A stretch of 58,888 nt of DNA, taken from a virus (lineage: Duplodnaviria > Caudoviricetes). The position numbers were made by a program, and so were the translations under genes. Below the pieces are notes generated by a model. The model searched no databases. It was not told the DNA's origin and was given only the letters and a program-made list of their open reading frames with translations. This document shows, piece by piece, positions 38,719 to 49,121 of this stretch. Position 1 is the first letter of the stretch, and the number at the start of each line of letters is the position of its first letter. The DNA is taken from positions 1-58,888 of IMG/VR virus record IMGVR_UViG_3300044691_000290. One strand, given 5' to 3'.

Positions 38719-39159
38719 CTAGCGCCACGGCTTCTTCACCTTATGCCGTTCCAATTCTGGCTCCGGGCCAGGATCAAACCATCGCGCTCCCGCCGCTAAC
38801 CATTCGATACGACTTGGTTTCCCGCTCTTGAGGCTACCCGCTGCTTTCGGGCGCCGAGAAGCAATTCCCTGACATTGAACCGAGCAGAACTTCCTCGCTC
38901 CCGTATTCCACTTGTCCAGAGTTGGACGCCCGCATTGCTGACACGATATCGTCGCGCGAGACTTCACTGCGGCCAATCCTGCACATTTGGAAGAACAGAA
39001 TCGCTGTACTGTGTTCCACCGGAGAGGGAACGTCTCACCACAATGTTCGCACGCCTTGGTGGGGAGAGCGTCCGTGCGGCACGAAGTAGAGCAAAAACGT
39101 TGATTAGGATGGGCGAGAGGATCGCCGCAGTGTCGACAAGCTTTCATGGGTAGTACCAT
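38719..39159 (-). CDS. Repeated zinc-finger protein (three CxxC...FCSxxC units)
   Basis: Three repeats visible in translation. Confidence 0.65.
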   Translation of the reverse strand: MVLPMKACRHCGDPLAHPNQRFCSTSCRTDALPTKACEHCGETFPLRWNTVQRFCSSKCAGLAAVKSRATISCQQCGRPTLDKWNTGARKFCSVQCQGIASRRPKAAGSLKSGKPSRIEWLAAGARWFDPGPEPELERHKVKKPWR

Positions 39160-39189
39160 AACGGGAGCAGCACGCTAGGTCTAGTCGTG

Positions 39190-39217
39190 TTGACTTTCCG
39201 CATTAATGGGGTACATT
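39190..39217 (+). promoter_or_regulatory. Repeated promoter/operator, copy 11
   Basis: TTGACT-ttccgcattaatgggg-TACATT. Confidence 0.8.
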
Positions 39218-39227
39218 GCCCCTCCCC

Positions 39228-39413
39228 ATGCAAAATATCCCCGAACTTCTCAACGCGCAGTGTTCCCACTCGCTGTCCCTCGTACGCGTGTCGGGCGGCT
39301 GGCAAGCGTCCCTAGAGGTGCGCACCGGATCGTTCCGCGTCCGCCACGGCGCCACGCCGAGTGAGGCGCTTTTGGACGTGCTGGGCGCGTCTGCGCCCCC
39401 GCCGCCGTACTGA
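39228..39413 (+). CDS. Small protein ending PPPPY
   Basis: Follows promoter copy 11; TGATG overlap with the primase gene. Confidence 0.6.
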   Translation: MQNIPELLNAQCSHSLSLVRVSGGWQASLEVRTGSFRVRHGATPSEALLDVLGASAPPPPY

Positions 39414-42085
39414 TGTCGTCCCCAGTGCTCACGCAAGATGCCCTAGACTACTACGCGCGCCACTCTTGCGCCTTGTTTCCGATTCCGGCCGGGCAGAAGT
39501 TCGGACACCTCGTCGCATCCTTTGCCCATGATTGGAGCCGGGACCCCGCACAGTGGGCGCGCTGGCAGGCAGAGCATCCCGGCTGCAACTTTGGGATGGT
39601 CGCTGGACCGTCCAAACTCATTGTCGCAGACATTGACATTGTAAAGGATGAAAAGGCTTGGGATAACTATTGCTACTTCTGGACTTCTCGCGGGCTGACC
39701 GTTCCTGTGCCGCAGGTGCGTTCTGCGCGCGGCGGATATCATGTTCTCTTCGCGGTCCCCGAAGATTTTGACACGGGCAATCTTCGCCAGGTGCCTTTGC
39801 TTCTCAATGTCGATATTCGAATCAACAACGGCTATGTTGTTGCAGCTGGGTCTTATTATGACGGGACTCAGAAAGGTGAAGCGTCCGGTCACTATCAGCT
39901 CATAAAGGATGCTTTTCCCCCTCACACGGACTCGGCGTGGTTCGCCGCACTGTTTGAAGTTCTACAAAAGAAAGCTGTTGTTTCAAAAGAAAACCTTCCG
40001 CCGCCCTCAATCGAAGAAATGCGGGAACGGTTGGTTCTGTTGCGCGACAAGGGTCTAGGTCGACGCGAAGGCGATAAATGGATCGCCGATTCTACAATTC
40101 TCGACGATATGCCGGATGGTCGCGAAAAAGAAGAAAAACGCGAAGTCGGTTTTTTTGCCCAGCATGATCAATGGTATAAAGCCGTTTTCGCGCTCCGTCG
40201 CGCATATGGACAACAAGGCTTCGAATTAGCGCAATCGATCAGTAAATATCGGGAAGAAAAGCTAGTCGCGGTATGGGGACAATCAGAAAGTACGACAGAT
40301 AATCCCGCCACAATCGGGACATTAATAAGAGCGTCGAACGATCTCGGATATCGCGGAGAAAAAGTAATCCGTGAAATGGCCGCCGCAGTCGGCGCGCGAC
40401 TGTCGTCTGCTGGTCCAATGCCGCTCATGGACACTCAGTATTTCGTTGCAGCCCTGGGTCAGGGTTACTTGGACAATTTCCTCGCCGGTACGAAAGACGC
40501 GCCTGGCCGACATGGCGGGGATCATCCCACACTTCCTGACAATCAGAACACCCATCCGCTTTACGAACAAATGTGCGCGGCAATCGAGCGCATCATGACA
40601 ATGACGGACGGGGGAGCCAAAGTATTCAGGCAAGATCGGGTGTTCAACGTTCTAAAAGTGCTACACCACATGCACCCGCCGACATGCATCAGTCTTTGTC
40701 AGCGAATCACATCGCTTCCGGGCTGCGTTATCACGCCTGGTAAACTAGATTCGGCGATTAAGAATTTTGAATGGGAAGTTCGATCGGAGCAGAACACACA
40801 GGCCGGATTCATCACGGACAGCAAGGGCAATCCTGCTCCCGAGAACTCAGACAACGTAAGGGCATTTGCGCGGCAGCGCGCCGTCGCACTACGTTACAAT
40901 GTCTGGAGGGAACAGGTTGAAGTGTCAGACGGAGGAGATTTCCTACAACTCACAGATCACATTTTTGGAGACTTACTCATGGACGCGAAGAACAGCGCAT
41001 TCAATTATCACCCGTCAGAGAGTCTGTTCCGCCGCGGAATGGTAAGCATCGCGCGCCGCAACCAGTTCGACCCTATCGTGGAAAAATTGGACACTCTCGC
41101 CGCTGCATGGGATGGAAGCGCGCGCCTCGACACCTGGATTTCCAAATGTTGCGGGACGCTGGACGACGCCTATCACACAGCCGTCTCGCGTAATCTTATA
41201 GGTGGCCTCGTGCGGCGAGCGCGGCATCCCGGTTGCGAGCAATCGGAGACAGTCATATTCATTAGCCCCACGCAGGGGACGGGTAAATCAACGCTTTGCA
41301 AGATCCTCGCGCTTGACTCAGCCTGGCACACGGACTCATTCAAATTCGAAGGTTCCGCACAAAACACTATACCACAGCTTGCAGGAAAGTGGCTGATCGA
41401 ATTGAGTGAGCTAACGGGCCTTGCGCAAAAAGATGTGGAGCACGTCAAAAGCTTCCTGTCCGCCACAAGTGACAACTTTACGCGTAAATATGAGGCTTTC
41501 GCCACGGACCACCCGCGCCGCTGCTGCTTTGTCGGCACCTCGAACTCGCGCCGGCCGCTCCAGGACAGTTCGGGAAACAGGCGCTTCCTTCCCGTCCAGG
41601 TCCAGGGTGAGGTTAACACAGATTGGCTGCGCGCCAACGTGGAGCAGATCATGGGAGAATGTGCAACGCGAGAAGCGCAAGGGGAAATCTTTGCTATCCC
41701 ACGGAGCGTATGGGAAGCGGCTGGGAAGCATCAAGAGGCGGCCCGCGCCATGTCTGCCACGGAGGAACTTTGCCAAGAATGGTTTGATCGCCCGGCTGCC
41801 CCTTGGGGGTACTACATCACCGCAACAGACATTGGCCGCGCGCTCAAGATGGCGGGACAGTCACAGCACGCACGCTATGCGTCGTTCCTAGACAAGATGG
41901 AATGGCGCAACGAGAATTTGATCGTGCCCGGCACTGGGCGCAAGGCTAGAGTGTGGGTGCGGCACGCGAACAACCAACTCGATCAGTGCGCGCATCTGGA
42001 ACCGCTTCAAAGGCAAGTGAACGCCACGGTCGAGATGCGTTTAACGATGCCGGCAACCAAGGGGCTTCCAACTCCACCATATTGA
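39413..42085 (+). CDS. Bifunctional primase-polymerase fused to a VirE/VapE-type helicase
   Basis: Prim-Pol motifs VADID, SARGGYH, VDIR..NGYVV; Walker A QGTGKST, IELSEL, GTSN and GNRRF. Confidence 0.9.
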   Translation: MSSPVLTQDALDYYARHSCALFPIPAGQKFGHLVASFAHDWSRDPAQWARWQAEHPGCNFGMVAGPSKLIVADIDIVKDEKAWDNYCYFWTSRGLTVPVPQVRSARGGYHVLFAVPEDFDTGNLRQVPLLLNVDIRINNGYVVAAGSYYDGTQKGEASGHYQLIKDAFPPHTDSAWFAALFEVLQKKAVVSKENLPPPSIEEMRERLVLLRDKGLGRREGDKWIADSTILDDMPDGREKEEKREVGFFAQHDQWYKAVFALRRAYGQQGFELAQSISKYREEKLVAVWGQSESTTDNPATIGTLIRASNDLGYRGEKVIREMAAAVGARLSSAGPMPLMDTQYFVAALGQGYLDNFLAGTKDAPGRHGGDHPTLPDNQNTHPLYEQMCAAIERIMTMTDGGAKVFRQDRVFNVLKVLHHMHPPTCISLCQRITSLPGCVITPGKLDSAIKNFEWEVRSEQNTQAGFITDSKGNPAPENSDNVRAFARQRAVALRYNVWREQVEVSDGGDFLQLTDHIFGDLLMDAKNSAFNYHPSESLFRRGMVSIARRNQFDPIVEKLDTLAAAWDGSARLDTWISKCCGTLDDAYHTAVSRNLIGGLVRRARHPGCEQSETVIFISPTQGTGKSTLCKILALDSAWHTDSFKFEGSAQNTIPQLAGKWLIELSELTGLAQKDVEHVKSFLSATSDNFTRKYEAFATDHPRRCCFVGTSNSRRPLQDSSGNRRFLPVQVQGEVNTDWLRANVEQIMGECATREAQGEIFAIPRSVWEAAGKHQEAARAMSATEELCQEWFDRPAAPWGYYITATDIGRALKMAGQSQHARYASFLDKMEWRNENLIVPGTGRKARVWVRHANNQLDQCAHLEPLQRQVNATVEMRLTMPATKGLPTPPY

Positions 42086-42087
42086 AG

Positions 42088-42115
42088 TTGACTTTCCGCA
42101 TTAGAACGGTAAACA
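42088..42115 (+). promoter_or_regulatory. Repeated promoter/operator, copy 12
   Basis: TTGACT-ttccgcattagaacgg-TAAACA, 2 bp after the primase stop. Confidence 0.8.
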
Positions 42116-42143
42116 TACGCTCCGAAACCGGAGACCCCCACCT

Positions 42144-42845
42144 ATGGCTAAAGTCACATTAGACGGCAGAGAGTTCCGCACGGTAGGGGAGGCGAAACAA
42201 TTTCTTCAAACCAAAATGAAGGGATACGCTCTAAATCAACCTGTTCCGGACGAAGATTGTCCGATTTGGTTTAGTTATCTCCAAAAACACGAATGGTTCG
42301 AGAAGTATGTCGAATTCGGCATTCATCGATTTGTCTTTGTAAAAAACGAGAAATTCCCAACAAGCGGAATGGCCGTTGAGAATCGATCGGGAGAAAGATG
42401 GCCGTTTAGCTATCACAAATATCTCGACGGAAAGCCGCTAACGAAGTTGACCAGGGTCAAAGTGGCCCTTCGTATGGAGATCACGTCGCAGATCGACGAA
42501 TTCAGAAACAAGATTTTTGAAGGTAATCCGATCGTTCCGTGCGCACTCACCGGCCAACTATTGAACATGGGCCAGTGCGATGTGCATCACAGCGGCAAGC
42601 CGTTCGTACAAATAGCGGACGAATTTCTTGAAATGAACAGACACGTTTGGTGCGGGATAGAGACGGAGTCTGTCGGCAAGACCGGACATCGTTTGCTCGA
42701 TCGGAACATTGCTGCCGCGTGGGCAGACTTCCATCGAGCCAATTCGGTTCTTCAAATCACCTCACGAAAAGTGAACCAAAAAATCGGCTCCGGCGGATAT
42801 CGGATGCTGTTCGAGGAGCCTATTCCGATTCCGCCGCCATATTGA
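42144..42845 (+). CDS. DUF3223/DCL-like protein with HNH-like C-terminus
   Basis: KH...K, FSY.K, C.LTG, DVHH and WADFH motifs; low GC; RBS GGAG. Confidence 0.6.
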   Translation: MAKVTLDGREFRTVGEAKQFLQTKMKGYALNQPVPDEDCPIWFSYLQKHEWFEKYVEFGIHRFVFVKNEKFPTSGMAVENRSGERWPFSYHKYLDGKPLTKLTRVKVALRMEITSQIDEFRNKIFEGNPIVPCALTGQLLNMGQCDVHHSGKPFVQIADEFLEMNRHVWCGIETESVGKTGHRLLDRNIAAAWADFHRANSVLQITSRKVNQKIGSGGYRMLFEEPIPIPPPY

Positions 42846-42869
42846 AAACTTATATGTTGAATTTACGAC

Positions 42870-42900
42870 GAGCCGCTCCGAGATGGGCGGCTTTTTCTTT
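42870..42900 (+). terminator. Rho-independent terminator
   Basis: AGCCGCTC...GGGCGGCT followed by TTTTCTTT. Confidence 0.7.
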
Positions 42901-43261
42901 GGCTGCCGGCAGTATGCGTTTTGCAACCCATGTGAGGTATACATGATGATATGCCTCCCACTGGTTGTCAACATTTCCGTTTTTGGCTGTCAACATGTAT
43001 TTGGTGTTCCGTCGTTTCCTTTGTGATTTCAATGCTTTGGACGTCTGGACACCTAGAACGTCTATTTCCTAAGGAGGCCCAGCCACGGGGCGATATGTAC
43101 CCCCTAGTACAGAACTATTTCTACTCCCATAAACTTCTATAGAAAAGGTGGTTCTAGGTGTTCTAGACGTCCAACCCACTGAATGGAAAAAGGAATTCGG
43201 TGGACACCTAGCAGAATCTAGCCGTTCCAGGCGTTCCGGCCCTCCGAAGCAAACTTACCTG

Positions 43262-43289
43262 TTGACTTTCCGTTTCGGCGCGATAAAGT
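43262..43289 (+). promoter_or_regulatory. Repeated promoter/operator, copy 13
   Basis: TTGACT-ttccgtttcggcgcga-TAAAGT. Confidence 0.75.
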
Positions 43290-43320
43290 CCCACTAGGTT
43301 CACAGAGGAGGCACCAGGCC

Positions 43321-43512
43321 ATGGTATGCGACACATGCGAAGCATACACCGCTAACCCCGAAGACGAGTATGGCGAGCACATCTGCGACAACTGTGCACA
43401 GAACGCCGCCGAGCGTGCATGGGAGCGCCACTGCGAAGATTTCCACGACGGGGGCGCGTCAGGGTGGCGCACGCTGGCCGAGCGGCAGGCAGACGCTAGG
43501 AGGCTGAAGTGA
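43321..43512 (+). CDS. Small zinc-finger protein
   Basis: Two CxxC; RBS GAGGAGG. Confidence 0.6.
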   Translation: MVCDTCEAYTANPEDEYGEHICDNCAQNAAERAWERHCEDFHDGGASGWRTLAERQADARRLK

Positions 43513-44000
43513 CGCCCCCCGAACTCGCCCAGCGCCTCGCCGCCCTAGACTGGTCCAACACGAGCCTGCAGCACCAGCTCGCTGTGGCGTGCGCAATCTC
43601 TAGCCTCAAAGGAATGCCCCATGACGATTCGCTACGAGATCAATACGAAACAGCGCAGCGGGAAGAGGGTCGCGCCATGACCGCAACCATCCTGCCCTTC
43701 CCCTCTCGAGTGCCCCAGCCCGCGCGTCCCAGCTTCCCCCCTCCCCTCGCCGTGCCCCGCCCTCGCACTGTCACCCTCCTGACCTTGGAGGGCGCCCCGT
43801 TCGCCAGCGCCGGCTTCCTGCCTGGCGATCCCGGCGCCCCGTGGGCATGGATCCAGAGCGTGGTGGCGGAACAGTGGGGCGTCGAGGAGGACGCTGTGGG
43901 CACGTTGGAGTCGGAAGAGGGGGACTTTGTGACGGTCGACGGGCTGCCGATGTATCGGGTGGCGCTGCCCGCCCCTGCCGCCCCCAACCTTTCCTGTTGA
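43509..44000 (+). CDS. Hypothetical protein
   Basis: Coupled start; stop lies inside promoter copy 14. Confidence 0.55.
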   Translation: MTPPELAQRLAALDWSNTSLQHQLAVACAISSLKGMPHDDSLRDQYETAQREEGRAMTATILPFPSRVPQPARPSFPPPLAVPRPRTVTLLTLEGAPFASAGFLPGDPGAPWAWIQSVVAEQWGVEEDAVGTLESEEGDFVTVDGLPMYRVALPAPAAPNLSC

Positions 44001-44024
44001 CTTTCCGCATTAATGCGATACAAC
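43997..44024 (+). promoter_or_regulatory. Repeated promoter/operator, copy 14 (palindromic core CGCATTAATGCG)
   Basis: TTGACT-ttccgcattaatgcga-TACAAC. Confidence 0.8.
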
Positions 44025-44047
44025 CTTTCCAAACCTAAGGAACGACC

Positions 44048-44866
44048 ATGCAAATCACGATAGAAGTAGCGCGCAAGGTACTTGAAATCATAGACGCTGG
44101 CCTCGTGCGCGGTGTCGGCGATCCCCGCCCCGGCGCCATGTGTGTCGAGGCAGCGGTTTGTTTCGCTCTCGATTTGCCGCATGGTGACGATCCGCAGTGT
44201 GTATCGCGCGCCCTCCGAGCGCTCAAGATCAAACTCAACGATTCGAACTGGTCATCGCCGGGCGCGCGAGCCAAAGGGTTGCGCCGACTCGCAGTTGCGC
44301 AGCTCGGTTCGCGTGACGCGCTTGACGATCGGGAATTTACGAAGCGGGTCGCAAAACTCGCTATCCAAACGAGTGTGCCGATTGCGCTTCGGGCTGCGGC
44401 ATCGATTCACAAAAACCCGATTCATGCGCAAGCACTGCGCGATGCGGCGAATGTATGCGAGCGTGAAGGGACGCGCGATTCAGTTTTAGCGGCAAAGAAA
44501 ATCACCAACGCCGCCTACGCCGACGCCGCCGCCGCCTACGCCGACGCCGCCGCCGCCTACGCCGACGCCGCCGCCGCCTACGCCGACGCCGCCGCCGCCG
44601 CCTACGACGCCGCCGCCGCCTACGCCGCCGCCGCCGCCGCCGCCTACGACGCCGCCGCCGCCTACGCCGACGCCGCCGACGCCGCCTACGACGCCGCCGC
44701 CGCCTACGCCGCCGCCGCCGCCTACGCCGCCGACGCCGCCGACGCCGCCTACGCCAACACACGCGACAAGCACCTTAGCGAATTCGCAGAAGGCGTCGTG
44801 CAAATCCTGATCGAAATGAAAGTGCCGGGCTGTCAGTGGTTGCCACTAACGGAGGTTGCGGCGTGA
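44048..44866 (+). CDS. Hypothetical protein with Ala/Tyr/Asp low-complexity tract
   Basis: MCVEAAVC..PHGDDP.CV N-terminus; YADAAAA repeats. Confidence 0.75.
   Translation: MQITIEVARKVLEIIDAGLVRGVGDPRPGAMCVEAAVCFALDLPHGDDPQCVSRALRALKIKLNDSNWSSPGARAKGLRRLAVAQLGSRDALDDREFTKRVAKLAIQTSVPIALRAAASIHKNPIHAQALRDAANVCEREGTRDSVLAAKKITNAAYADAAAAYADAAAAYADAAAAYADAAAAAYDAAAAYAAAAAAAYDAAAAYADAADAAYDAAAAYAAAAAYAADAADAAYANTRDKHLSEFAEGVVQILIEMKVPGCQWLPLTEVAA
44510..44755 (+). repeat. In-frame GCC/TAC/GAC tandem repeat
   Basis: About 245 bp built only from GCC, TAC and GAC codons. Confidence 0.95.
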
Positions 44867-45220
44867 CCAGCCAACAGCAAGCCGACGAAATGCTCGCCGA
44901 GCACCGCGCTCGCAGGGAGGCCGTCATCGCAACCGTGATGCGCACCGGCATCACCTGCTACCCAAGTGGCTACGCCAACAAGGAAGGCTGTCTGCTGTGC
45001 CGGAAGGGACCGTGCCGCGGACCTGTGGAGAAGTACGAGTCGTGACGCTTCATCAGCTCCGAGAATTGGTGGCTATTCAGGCCGAAGATGAAGCGTTGTG
45101 GGCGCCAGCCGCACGGATTGAAACGGGATACGCGCAACAAGCCTTGCGCTATCTCACTCGCGCCATTGAGGGCGAATGGACGTTTGAACAGACACGAGAC
45201 GCAATTCGGGAGATGATGCC

Positions 45221-45448
45221 ATGACACGAGATGAAGCACTAAAGCGGGCGCGCTCGCGCGGATTTACCAGTAGCGCAAATGATTGGATCGGCCTTTTTGA
45301 AGACCTCGGTATGCTCGAACTGGAGGATCCAGTCGAGAAGAGGCTGATCACGATAATCCGCGATAATCCGCGACTCGACCACATCGCGCCGGTTGATGTA
45401 TTGAACGCGATCGCGTTGGCTGGTCTCAAACTGGTGGACGCGAAGTGA
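45221..45448 (+). CDS. Hypothetical protein
   Basis: ATGA-coupled ORF in the early gene array. Confidence 0.5.
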   Translation: MTRDEALKRARSRGFTSSANDWIGLFEDLGMLELEDPVEKRLITIIRDNPRLDHIAPVDVLNAIALAGLKLVDAK

Positions 45449-45843
45449 CCCCCGGCCGACGCGGTTGGATCGTTCTCGCCCTCCTCGCCTTTGCCGCCAC
45501 TGGCGCGGCATGGGGCCACGACCACGAGCACCCGGAGCTTGATGCGTGGTACGCCGGCCTGATGCAACCGGATCAGCCGCTTGTGTCGTGCTGCGGCGCT
45601 GCAGACGCCTATTGGGCGGACGAGATTCACGTTCGCGACGGGAAGACGTTTGCAGTGATTACGGACGACCGGGAAGACGCGCCGCTCGGAAGGCCACACG
45701 TCGACGTGGGGACGGAAGTCGAGATTCCGAATTACAAGCTGAAGTTCGATCGGGGTAATCCTACGGGTCACGGCGTGCTGTTCATGCGCCATGGCATCTA
45801 TGGCGACTACGTATTCTGTTTTGTGCAAGCGGGAGGTGTGTAG
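45445..45843 (+). CDS. Exported Cys-containing protein
   Basis: Signal peptide ending AWG; SCCG.AD, GNPTGH and CFV..G motifs. Confidence 0.7.
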   Translation: MTPGRRGWIVLALLAFAATGAAWGHDHEHPELDAWYAGLMQPDQPLVSCCGAADAYWADEIHVRDGKTFAVITDDREDAPLGRPHVDVGTEVEIPNYKLKFDRGNPTGHGVLFMRHGIYGDYVFCFVQAGGV

Positions 45844-46393
45844 CCGTGCTGACATGGGCATTCGTCTGGTACATGGTCAAAACCAGTAGCCACAGCTCAA
45901 TGGGGCACATCATCCCCATGGGCTGCGACGTGGCCATTTTCTATTACATCGCATGTGCGGCGGGGCACACGTGACACCACCTCTCTCTCCCACCCAAACC
46001 GCCTTCCTCGCTTTCCACACCCAGCCACCCGAAGCGTGGCGCTGGCACTTTCTTGGCACGCAGCTCCGTGCGTCCCGTGCTGGCGCCTCTGCCACGATCT
46101 GGCATGGCGACCTGGAGCACCTGGTCCGGCTGGGCCTGATGACGTTCGGCTTGGGCTGTGCCGACGTTCACCTGACGCAACGTGGTGCGGATACGCTGCA
46201 CGAGATGGAGGAAGCGTGACACGAATCAAACGAGTCACTCTGAAGAATCGGAGCGATGCGGTTGCGCCGATTTGCTTTCGCGGCGTTATTGAAGACGGCG
46301 ATTTGGGCATGGCTGAGTTTCGCTTTGAGAGACTTATTTACATATTTGAGCGGGACGGCTCGACTTCTGCCTATCCGCAGTACGTGAGGGCCG

Positions 46394-46639
46394 ATGCGTA
46401 GCCCTCTACGCGCGTTCATCGATGCTGTTGAATTGCCAAACCACGAAACTGCGATTCGCAATCTGGACTACTCAAATCCGCGTTTGAGGATCGAGCGACC
46501 CGGCGGCATCGTGTACGTCCGCGCGATGCCTCTCGAATGGTTGCGACAGAATAATCCATTGTATCGGTCGCTGCTCGCTAGAAGCGTACCCAACCGCCTC
46601 TACGGCACAACCCTAACCGACGAAGGTGAAGCGATATGA
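46394..46639 (+). CDS. Hypothetical protein
   Basis: Coupled ORF; ends DEGEAI. Confidence 0.5.
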   Translation: MRSPLRAFIDAVELPNHETAIRNLDYSNPRLRIERPGGIVYVRAMPLEWLRQNNPLYRSLLARSVPNRLYGTTLTDEGEAI

Positions 46640-46824
46640 CCCCCGAACCCGTTTGGGAAATAGTAACTACTGCTGCGGATGCACCACATACCACGCGACT
46701 CCCCGTTCCCGGTGGCTGGTTGTATGTGATCGGCTATGGCAAACCAACCGTGTGTTTCGTTCCGCGTCCGCCCGAACGCTTGTTCCATTTCAAAAGCAAG
46801 TTCGACGAAGGTGAAGCGATCTAA
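46636..46824 (+). CDS. Hypothetical protein flanked by 18-bp direct repeats
   Basis: RLPVPGGWLY motif; ends KSKFDEGEAI. Confidence 0.55.
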   Translation: MTPEPVWEIVTTAADAPHTTRLPVPGGWLYVIGYGKPTVCFVPRPPERLFHFKSKFDEGEAI

Positions 46825-47198
46825 TGGACAAACTGCGCGCTCATAGTCTCGTATATCTGGCAAGCCCCTACACCAAATACCCTGCCGGATTTCACATGGC
46901 GGCGGTCGACGCGGCATGCATCGCAGCGAATCTGATGCGCGAAGGCGTCAAGATATATTCGCCGATCGCACACACTCACCCGTTGGCGCTTTACGGCAAT
47001 CTAGACCCGCTTGACCATTCCATATGGCTGCCGTTCGACGAGACAATCATGAACCTGGCCGATGCTTGTTGCGTCGCTGCGGATATGACCGGATGGGAAA
47101 CAAGCTTCGGCGTTGGGCACGAGATTTCGCATTTTTGGAAACGAGAAAAGCCGGTCTATCGCCTGTGCGGAGGTGTCGTTTCGATTCACGCTAAATAG
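46824..47198 (+). CDS. DUF1937/nucleoside deoxyribosyltransferase-like protein
   Basis: VYLASPYT, SPIAHTH and GW.TS.GV..E motifs. Confidence 0.75.
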   Translation: MDKLRAHSLVYLASPYTKYPAGFHMAAVDAACIAANLMREGVKIYSPIAHTHPLALYGNLDPLDHSIWLPFDETIMNLADACCVAADMTGWETSFGVGHEISHFWKREKPVYRLCGGVVSIHAK

Positions 47199-47201
47199 TT
47201 G

Positions 47202-47229
47202 TTGACTTTCCGTTTTAATACGGTACGTT
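47202..47229 (+). promoter_or_regulatory. Repeated promoter/operator, copy 15
   Basis: TTGACT-ttccgttttaatacgg-TACGTT. Confidence 0.8.
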
Positions 47230-47334
47230 CGAAACGACACCGCAACCCTCGGAGGCTCCCATGAACTGGCCACTGATTGACGCTCTCGTGCTGAACGCGG
47301 CGGTTTGGTTCGTCGTGGTGTGGTGGGTGACGGC

Positions 47335-47901
47335 ATGACCCACATCATGTGCGACATAGAGACCTTGGGCACACGCCCCGGCGCGATCATCCTTTCCTGC
47401 GCGTTTGTCCGCTTCTCCGACGAGGCGCATACGACGCTGAACCTGTCTGTGCCCGACCAGGAGGCGTTGGGCCTGACTCGCGATCCCAGCACCGAAGCAT
47501 GGTGGGCGCAGCAGGATCCCGCTGCGTGGGCACACGCGACGCAAGGAGCGGTCCCGCTCCGCGACGCGCTACAGCACTTCGCAACGTGGCTCGCTTGGGC
47601 CGCGCCGGCAGGAGACGCGCTGATCTGGTGCCACGGCGCAGGCTTCGACGCGCCGCTCTTGGAGGCCGTCTACCGCGCTGCGTCTCTACCGTGCCCGTGG
47701 AAGTTTTGGGGCGTGCGCGACACACGAACGCTGTACGACCTCGCCGGCATCAACGTGAAAGACTACGCGGTCCCGCCGCCGCATGTCGCGCTCAATGACG
47801 CGATCGGACAGACGCGGGCTGCGAATGCGGCACTGGCTGTGTTGGCTGGCAAGAGAGGCTTGGTTTGGTGGTCGCATGAACGCTTACAACATGGGTGTTG
47901 A
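47335..47901 (+). CDS. DEDDh 3'-5' exonuclease
   Basis: HIMCDIETLG, W.HGAGFD, RDTRT and HVALNDA motifs. Confidence 0.85.
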   Translation: MTHIMCDIETLGTRPGAIILSCAFVRFSDEAHTTLNLSVPDQEALGLTRDPSTEAWWAQQDPAAWAHATQGAVPLRDALQHFATWLAWAAPAGDALIWCHGAGFDAPLLEAVYRAASLPCPWKFWGVRDTRTLYDLAGINVKDYAVPPPHVALNDAIGQTRAANAALAVLAGKRGLVWWSHERLQHGC

Positions 47902-48137
47902 TTTGGAAATGTTCGACGTGGTGGCGATTGGCGGCCTCGTGGCTCTTTTTCTCCTCGCCGTACTGGTACTCTTATGGGGGCTACGTGGCTGATTGCAGCG
48001 CCAGAGCGACACAAGACGGCTACCGCTGCGAGCGGTGCAATATCCGCTGGGATCGGGATGACGCGCGCGAGTGCGTGCTGGTGGAAGCGGCGCTGCCCTA
48101 CAAGAGCGCGCTGGCGCCGGATTGGAGTCGCCCGGCA

Positions 48138-48370
48138 TGACACGCGGCTACATGCAAATCGTCGAAGGTGATTGGATCGAGCCGGCGCAGGAAGGTTTCG
48201 TTGACCAATGCTGCGATTGCGGGCTCGTGCATGTGATTGACTTTGCCGTGATCGATAAGCGGACGCGAAAGCGTGTGCCATATGTCCAGGTGCAATTCAA
48301 ATTACACGTTGACCGTCGAAAGACCGCAGCGTCGCGTCGGAAGCTGAAATTTAGTAAGGAGCGGGAATGA
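48138..48370 (+). CDS. Hypothetical protein
   Basis: CCDCGLVH motif; RBS GGAG. Confidence 0.6.
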
Positions 48371-48481
48371 AAAATGGCACGCATCTTAAGTGAGCGAGAT
48401 AGCGCCAATTGCACGCATGGCATTTCATTCTCAGAGAGATGCGGTCAATGCGTGACTGAGACAGAGCGCCGCTATCCGAAT

Positions 48482-48952
48482 ATGAACAAGCCCGATTCGC
48501 CATACACCATCCAAGAGGTGGACGCGACTCGGCCCGAGTATGCTGCGGCAATCCACGCCTTCAACGCCCTTTTCCCCGATGACTTCGTACCGCTCCAGCC
48601 GCGTCACCTTGGCGCTGGCACGTATTGGTGGCTGGTCACGGTTGGCCCCGCGATCATCGCATTCGCAGGCATGGTGCCGTTTGAGCCATTCCCGCGGTGC
48701 GGCTACCTGAAGCGCGCGGCTGTGCTGCCGGCGTACCGTGGCAAGGGGCTGCAGGGACGCCTGATGGCTGCGCGTCTCACCCGCGCGGCAGAGGCCACGG
48801 ACTGGACGCATATCGTATCAGAATGCGCCGTGACGAACGTCGCGAGCGCTAACAACTTCATTCGCGCCGGGTTTCGCCTCGTCGAGCCCGAACGTGTTTG
48901 GGACAAGGAAAATCTGGTGTGGAGCCGGGCGGTGGATCGGGGTGCGACATGA
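48482..48952 (+). CDS. GNAT acetyltransferase
   Basis: V.P.YRGKGLQ acetyl-CoA motif, N.ASANNF.RAGF; start uncertain (alternative 48374). Confidence 0.8.
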   Translation: MNKPDSPYTIQEVDATRPEYAAAIHAFNALFPDDFVPLQPRHLGAGTYWWLVTVGPAIIAFAGMVPFEPFPRCGYLKRAAVLPAYRGKGLQGRLMAARLTRAAEATDWTHIVSECAVTNVASANNFIRAGFRLVEPERVWDKENLVWSRAVDRGAT

Positions 48953-49121
48953 CCATGCCATATTTATACAACGGACAAGAGTTCGTCGATTTGAGCGCGG
49001 ATGAATTCAGGCGAGTAAACAGGGCCGCGAATAATCTCGGTTTGATGGCGTTCGTCACGATGATTCGCGAAAGGGACGAAGGCAAACTGATTTCGTTCCA
49101 TCTCAAAAGCAAGTTCGACGC

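Noticed and set aside
44486-44803. Poly-Arg and poly-Gly/Val ORFs on the minus strand
   Set aside because: Shadow frames of the Ala-rich repeat in the plus-strand gene
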